The position numbers and the translations under genes were made by a program. The notes under the pieces are model-generated. The model saw nothing but the letters and a program-made list of their open reading frames with translations, was not told where the DNA came from and searched no databases. Below are positions 59,354 to 64,000 of a DNA stretch of 64,000 bases, one piece after another. Origin of the DNA: Spirochaetia bacterium (GTDB lineage Bacteria; Spirochaetota; Spirochaetia; DSM-2461); NCBI GenBank assembly GCA_963668315.1, contig OY764216.1, forward strand, positions 4,800,001-4,864,000, read 5' to 3'. How positions within the stretch are numbered: position 1 is the first letter of the stretch; the number at the start of each line of letters is the position of its first letter.

Positions 59354-60676
59354 ATGAACAGCCGGTCTTTTTATTTGTACCGACGGAATCCCAGAGGCCC
59401 TTATTACGTAAAGTTCCGTAATCCCCTGACAGGCGAAATAGGATCATATAAATCCACAGGAGAGTCTGATAGGGATAGAGCGTCTTATATCGCACAGAAA
59501 TGGCTTTATGAGGGAATGCCTGAAGGAAGAACCCAAAAGCCCAAAAATCCCGGTGAGTACTTCACCAAAGAATCTGTTTTCGAGAAATTAAGGAAATTAG
59601 ATCTTACTCCTGAAGACGCCCAAAGAATATTACAGCTCTTGAAAAAAAAGGAGCTCATTACAAATACTAAATTGGGCACAGTTAACACCAACTCACCTCT
59701 ATTTATCTCTTGGCTTCTGGATATGTGGAATCATGAAACAAGCCCCTACATTAAAGAGAAATTAGCCCACGGACATTCTCTTGGTAAACGACGAAGTTAC
59801 GATGCGATTAGATCTATAGAAAAACATTGGGCTCCCTTTTTTGAAGGAGTAAACCGGGATGAACTAACTCGGCACAATCTCAAGGATTTCTCCCTCCACT
59901 TATCAGAAAAGGGTTTGGCAGCTAAAAGCATAAACAATATTCTCTCCCCCGGTACGGTGATTCTCAAATGGGCTGCTCAGAATGATATTATCAAAACCGA
60001 TCCTTCTATTGGTTTACGAAAATTCTCTGGTACAGCACAGAAACGGGGAATACTAACAGATAAGGAAGTGAATACGTTATTTACCGATGGAATATGGAAA
60101 GATCCCAAAGTTCGTCTTGCAAATATCCTTGCCTCCGTATCAGGCTTAAGAAATGGAGAAATTCTTGCTTTACAAGTTCAGGATATTGGAGAAGACCGCA
60201 TCTATGTTAGACATAACTGGTCCATCAAGGACGGATTAAAATCACCGAAGAATGGTCTTTCCCGTGAAGTTCCCATATTCCCTACGTTAAGAAAAGAATT
60301 GCTTAGATGGGCTAGACGCCACCCTGAGGGTATGTCTCCTGAACATTTCCTATTTTATAGCGAAATTACCCCTTCCATCCCACTTAATGGGGGAACACTC
60401 TCTAGACATCTTGTAAGTGCTCTGGAAAGCATAGGAATAAGCGATAAGGATAGAAAAGAAAGAAAAATAGATTTTCATAGTTGGAGGCATCGTTTTGCGA
60501 CTCTTCTGACCCATAAGGTGGGTCAGAATACAGCCCGAGTAACCGGACACCTGGACCAGAAGATGCTAGAACATTACAGCAACCATTCCAGCGAAAAAGA
60601 TTTCCAAGAGATCTACGACGCCAGCGCACAAATTTTCAGTAACACATTTAATATTGTAGAGGAGAATGCCGTATGA
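59354..60676 (+). CDS. Tyrosine integrase 2
   Basis: SGLRNGEI, PKNG, FHSWRH, TGH...EHYS; collinear with integrase 1. Confidence 0.95.
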   Translation: MNSRSFYLYRRNPRGPYYVKFRNPLTGEIGSYKSTGESDRDRASYIAQKWLYEGMPEGRTQKPKNPGEYFTKESVFEKLRKLDLTPEDAQRILQLLKKKELITNTKLGTVNTNSPLFISWLLDMWNHETSPYIKEKLAHGHSLGKRRSYDAIRSIEKHWAPFFEGVNRDELTRHNLKDFSLHLSEKGLAAKSINNILSPGTVILKWAAQNDIIKTDPSIGLRKFSGTAQKRGILTDKEVNTLFTDGIWKDPKVRLANILASVSGLRNGEILALQVQDIGEDRIYVRHNWSIKDGLKSPKNGLSREVPIFPTLRKELLRWARRHPEGMSPEHFLFYSEITPSIPLNGGTLSRHLVSALESIGISDKDRKERKIDFHSWRHRFATLLTHKVGQNTARVTGHLDQKMLEHYSNHSSEKDFQEIYDASAQIFSNTFNIVEENAV

Positions 60677-61314
60677 GTGGAGAAGTACCCGTAGACTTTG
60701 CCTTTGAAGACAATGCAACACTGGAATCATTGGAAGAAGGAATAAGAGAAATAGGAGATCAGATTAAACTGGGGCATGCTTTCATAGCGGTTGCATTAGG
60801 CAGAGTTAAAAAGGATAAATTATACCTTAAAGTTGCCGTAGACTTTAAAAGATATCTGGAATTAGAAAGACTTGATCTCTCCTATCAAAGAGCAATATAC
60901 CTTGCGGACATCGGAGAAAAATATATCAGGTATAAACCACAACTACAGGCAAACGGTATCAGGCTCTACGAAAATATGAGTAAAATTCGTCTGCTCGAAT
61001 CTGAGATTGTGGAAAATGATCCTGTCTGGTGGAAACGTATGAAGAAAAATTCAGTAAGAGAGCTCAAGGATTTCATTGAAAAACGAAAAAGCAGTATAGA
61101 CGTCTCAACTGAACCGAATGATGACGGAATCATTACCGTAAGCAACTCCAGTCTTTACCTAAATCGGGAGAAAATCCGCGGGATTAACCTGAAAGAGTTC
61201 AAAAAGAATGCCCATAAAGGAAAAAGAGCCGTTGTTATATGGGTCGATGACGACCAAGAGGCTAGAAAAGTGCGAAAAAAGCTAAAAAAAATCCACGGGG
61301 CAGAAACAGACTAA
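60673..61314 (+). CDS. Integrase-partner protein of unknown function
   Basis: ATGA-coupled to integrase 2; clear homologue after integrase 1. Confidence 0.8.
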   Translation: MSGEVPVDFAFEDNATLESLEEGIREIGDQIKLGHAFIAVALGRVKKDKLYLKVAVDFKRYLELERLDLSYQRAIYLADIGEKYIRYKPQLQANGIRLYENMSKIRLLESEIVENDPVWWKRMKKNSVRELKDFIEKRKSSIDVSTEPNDDGIITVSNSSLYLNREKIRGINLKEFKKNAHKGKRAVVIWVDDDQEARKVRKKLKKIHGAETD

Positions 61315-61802
61315 CACAACACTACACAATATAAGAAATCTGGTAATAAGAAAAGGAAAGGGGACAGAGGGGATATTGAATCTTCTCTATCTTCCCGAAA
61401 AACATTGATTCGAATAGACCGCTATAATGCGTTTTCCCTCTGTTGCAAACCTTGGAAATTCACTCCGAGTTAATAGATGGGAAGAGCTATAAATAAGCGT
61501 CCTATCCTCTTCGTAAGACAATGGCTATTCCTGTAAAATGACGTATATTTTAATCGCTAGGAAGGACCTTCTGGATAGGGAATCCCACGTGTAAATCGGC
61601 TTGCTTCTATTGAAAAAAGGCAATTTTCTAGGGGCTAAAACAGCCCCCTAAAATGAAGGGTTTGACCCCTAAATTACATTACCGTATTTGCAAATACCTA
61701 GCTCTTGAACAGACGATAGAACAAAGGATCTTTGAAAAAGTTAAGATAACGGTTATTTCAGCTATCCCCCACTGATATCTAGAATATAAAGCAATTCTAA
61801 GA

Positions 61803-61952
61803 TTACATCAAGATCCTGTCCCGGATCAACAAAAAACTACCGCATTGGGGACAGCGTATTTTCCTTGCTTCCTTCCCTCTTAACCGATTCCCGCATTTTA
61901 AGCAAACCTTAGGTTTCGGCTCTTTCGGGTTATACCAGATTCCTTTTTCCAT
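61803..61952 (-). CDS. 49-aa zinc-ribbon protein (absent from the ORF track)
   Basis: MEKGIWYNPKEPKPKVCLKCGNRLRGKEARKIRCPQCGSFLLIRDRILM; SD AGGAGGAG. Confidence 0.7.
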   Translation of the reverse strand: MEKGIWYNPKEPKPKVCLKCGNRLRGKEARKIRCPQCGSFLLIRDRILM

Positions 61953-62024
61953 CGAACTCCTCCTCTGACATTTTATTATCAAGTTTTATAGAAGACCGGG
62001 CCTCCCCCTAGGAGACCCGTAGAT

Positions 62025-62405
62025 TTAATCTTCATAGGGATACATGATAGTTAAAACCGGTTCCCCCTTATCTCCGGGGCCAATTATGGCTTTAACTATA
62101 ATATTCTCAGGATTCCCTTCCGTTTTCATCTGGAACAGAACCTTGATGCGAATCTCGCTCTGCGTTGATTTCCTGGCATAGATATGTAGCATAAAGAGCA
62201 AATCCCAGAGACGTCCCTTAACCGACTGTCCTAGGGCAGCCAACTCCTCCTTCGGAACAACCACACCGTTATAGAACGTATCCGTTATGGCGACAGGTAC
62301 CTTGAAACCTACTTCCCTGGCAAAATCCGTTACATCGACAAGAACACCGTCCTCAATAGCTTGCTTCCTGGTATATGTATAAACGATGTCTGCCTCATCC
62401 CACAT
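62025..62405 (-). CDS. DUF6573-like protein
   Basis: YTRKQAIEDGVLVDV...GRLWD...GPGD.GEPVLTIM.P.ED. Confidence 0.7.
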   Translation of the reverse strand: MWDEADIVYTYTRKQAIEDGVLVDVTDFAREVGFKVPVAITDTFYNGVVVPKEELAALGQSVKGRLWDLLFMLHIYARKSTQSEIRIKVLFQMKTEGNPENIIVKAIIGPGDKGEPVLTIMYPYED

Positions 62406-62742
62406 GATGTTCACCCTTATGTTCATTCCTGAACTCGATATGTTCGGCAACAATAATGACCTTACTATGGTTCATACCATCCTTCTTCCACCGATTCTGC
62501 TTCAAACGGCCTACGACACGTACGCTTCTGCCTTTTTCCAAGTATTTCAGACAGTTTTCCGCTATCCTCCCCCAGCACTCCACATCAAAAAAGGAAACCT
62601 CTTCCTCCTTATCATCGGCTTTTCTGTATATCCGGTTGGAGGCCAGGTTCATTTCGCAAAGTGTTACCTCTCCCTTATGAGTTCGTTCTTCCGGATTCCT
62701 GGTTAACCGGCCTTCTAAAATAATTGAATTGAGTGAATTCAT
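62395..62742 (-). CDS. ssb: Single-stranded DNA-binding protein without the acidic tail
   Basis: NSIILEGRLTRNPE, FFDVECWG..AE, V.V.GRL....W. Confidence 0.9.
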   Translation of the reverse strand: MNSLNSIILEGRLTRNPEERTHKGEVTLCEMNLASNRIYRKADDKEEEVSFFDVECWGRIAENCLKYLEKGRSVRVVGRLKQNRWKKDGMNHSKVIIVAEHIEFRNEHKGEHHVG

Positions 62743-62761
62743 TTCTTTCTCCTTGAATAAT

Positions 62762-62793
62762 AAAAAACCGTATCCCATCGCTGAGATACGGTT
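62762..62793 (-). terminator. Terminator-like hairpin between the gam-like gene and ssb
   Basis: Minus strand AACCGTATC...GATACGGTT followed by a T tract. Confidence 0.6.
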
Positions 62794-62806
62794 GGTATGG
62801 CGAAGC

Positions 62807-63343
62807 TCACTTCTCCTTAATTTGAAGCTCCTCTTCACCGATAGTCACATTTACTCCGGGAATTAACTCTCCCTGGCTAAGCAGCTTGTTGATCTCCGAT
62901 TTTGATAGTGATTTCTTAACCTGAACAATCTGGGGCTGGTTCGCCTCGCAAAACTTTATGGCAAGTTCTTCGTCGACCACTTCCACCCGATTGGGTTTCT
63001 TGCGCAAAGTGATGTTGACTCCGGGAGCCTTTACAGTTTTGCCTTTACGCAGCTTGAGAACCTCACGGGAGATGTAAGGTTTGAGCAGTCCCATCATGTA
63101 GCTCATGGTGTTTTCATCCTCCACATTGGCTCTCTCGTACCACAGATCAATCTTTTCCTTGAAACCCTTAGCCTGATCCCATCGTTCAGTCATGCGCTCC
63201 TTGGCCTGTATATACTTCCTGGCGGCCCAGGCAGCTTTTTCCAAGCTGTCGATGACGAATCCTTCTTCTCCCTCCTGGGGAATATCATCAACGAGAACTT
63301 CTGTAATATCCGGATGGATTTCCGCTACTGCAATAGATGACAT
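62807..63343 (-). CDS. Mu Gam / Gp157-like host-nuclease inhibitor family protein
   Basis: F.IDSLEKAAWA.RK, coiled coil, KTVK.P.V.I.LRK, K.EI.K.L..GE.IPGV. Confidence 0.7.
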   Translation of the reverse strand: MSSIAVAEIHPDITEVLVDDIPQEGEEGFVIDSLEKAAWAARKYIQAKERMTERWDQAKGFKEKIDLWYERANVEDENTMSYMMGLLKPYISREVLKLRKGKTVKAPGVNITLRKKPNRVEVVDEELAIKFCEANQPQIVQVKKSLSKSEINKLLSQGELIPGVNVTIGEEELQIKEK

Positions 63344-63357
63344 GGTTTACCTCCTTC

Positions 63358-64000
63358 TTAGGCTGTTTTGTCGTTTTGGTTCTGATGAATGACCTTTCGA
63401 ACATATCCAAGCATGGTCATAACCTTGTTCTCCCCTGGTTCAGTCTGGATCTGGTTGATCACCCAGTTGAAATGCTTATCTGTGAAACATGCCCTGTGAT
63501 GATCCAGAAGACCAGCCAGTTCCCGGTGAGAATCGGTTATCTGAGGGATGGGACCAAAGAGAAGTTCTTCCGATACCTTGTCACCTTCCCGCTCGGCATA
63601 AACCTCGAAAGGTTCGCTTTTAGCAGGTTTTGATTGATTTCCAGATTTTTCCCTATTTTCTTTGGTTTTCTCCCTCTCGTGACTATCCTCTTCTTGGGGT
63701 AATTCTGCCGAATCATAGGGGATTCCCCCCAGTTCATCGGGGAAACACATACGAAAAGCCTGACTGATGGCTACCTTCCTCAGCTGAAACTTTGGCATTT
63801 TCTTCCAGAACGATGTTATTGTACCGTCATGCTTCTTCTGAACTGCTTCTTCCCAGAAAACCTCGTGCGAAAAGGGATGGTCCCAATCCTTACGATGAAT
63901 TTCCACCACCGCTTTCATAGTTTCTCCCTCCCCTTCCACTGTGGCAGCCCAACCGTCCAATTTCCCCGTCCTTTCGGCTCGTTTCAGGTAGACCTCATAA
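63358..64000 (-). CDS. bet: Bet/RecT-family single-strand annealing protein (5'-partial)
   Basis: YEVYLKRAER.G.LDGW, FWKKMP..QLRKVAISQAFR.CFPDELGG.PY. Confidence 0.85.
   Translation of the reverse strand, partial: YEVYLKRAERTGKLDGWAATVEGEGETMKAVVEIHRKDWDHPFSHEVFWEEAVQKKHDGTITSFWKKMPKFQLRKVAISQAFRMCFPDELGGIPYDSAELPQEEDSHEREKTKENREKSGNQSKPAKSEPFEVYAEREGDKVSEELLFGPIPQITDSHRELAGLLDHHRACFTDKHFNWVINQIQTEPGENKVMTMLGYVRKVIHQNQNDKTA

Larger units (their letters stand above)
59179..64000. mobile_element. Integrative element 2 (3'-partial)
   Basis: Paralogous integrase and partner gene directly after att copy 2; phage-type recombination genes. Confidence 0.8.

Noticed and set aside
46661..60676. CRISPR-associated transposon or guide-directed integration
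   Set aside because: No tns/tniQ genes; cas3 is intact; the integrases are tRNA-targeting tyrosine recombinases; no spacer matching the att core was seen.

Overview
The window comes from a GC-rich spirochaete chromosome (flagellar collar gene flcA, MCPs, [FeFe]-hydrogenase, NfnAB, class II RNR). Bases 1-39,180 are mostly ordinary metabolic and housekeeping genes. At an initiator tRNA-Met gene (39184-39256) the sequence becomes visibly AT-richer, and two related elements sit in tandem. Element 1 (about 20 kb) is bounded by an exact 45-bp direct repeat of the tRNA 3' half (39214-39258 and 59179-59223). It has a phage-satellite-like core: tyrosine integrase, a frameshifted partner gene, an HTH excisionase-like gene and a phage replication-initiator gene, with no virion or conjugation genes. 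Its cargo is a complete type I-C CRISPR-Cas system with 60 spacers, preceded by a VasI/TagO-like secreted protein, a hypothetical protein and a WYL regulator, and with a Bro-N gene between cas7 and cas4. Element 2 starts at the second att copy with a paralogous integrase and an intact partner gene. It also carries a Bet/Gam/SSB recombination module and an unannotated 49-aa zinc-ribbon ORF, and it runs off the window. Host-side oddities include a divergent ProRS, a Pta-fold enzyme lacking the usual catalytic Asp beside buk and ilvE, and a Flavo-1-like structured element. All calls are from reading motifs by eye; no database searches were run.
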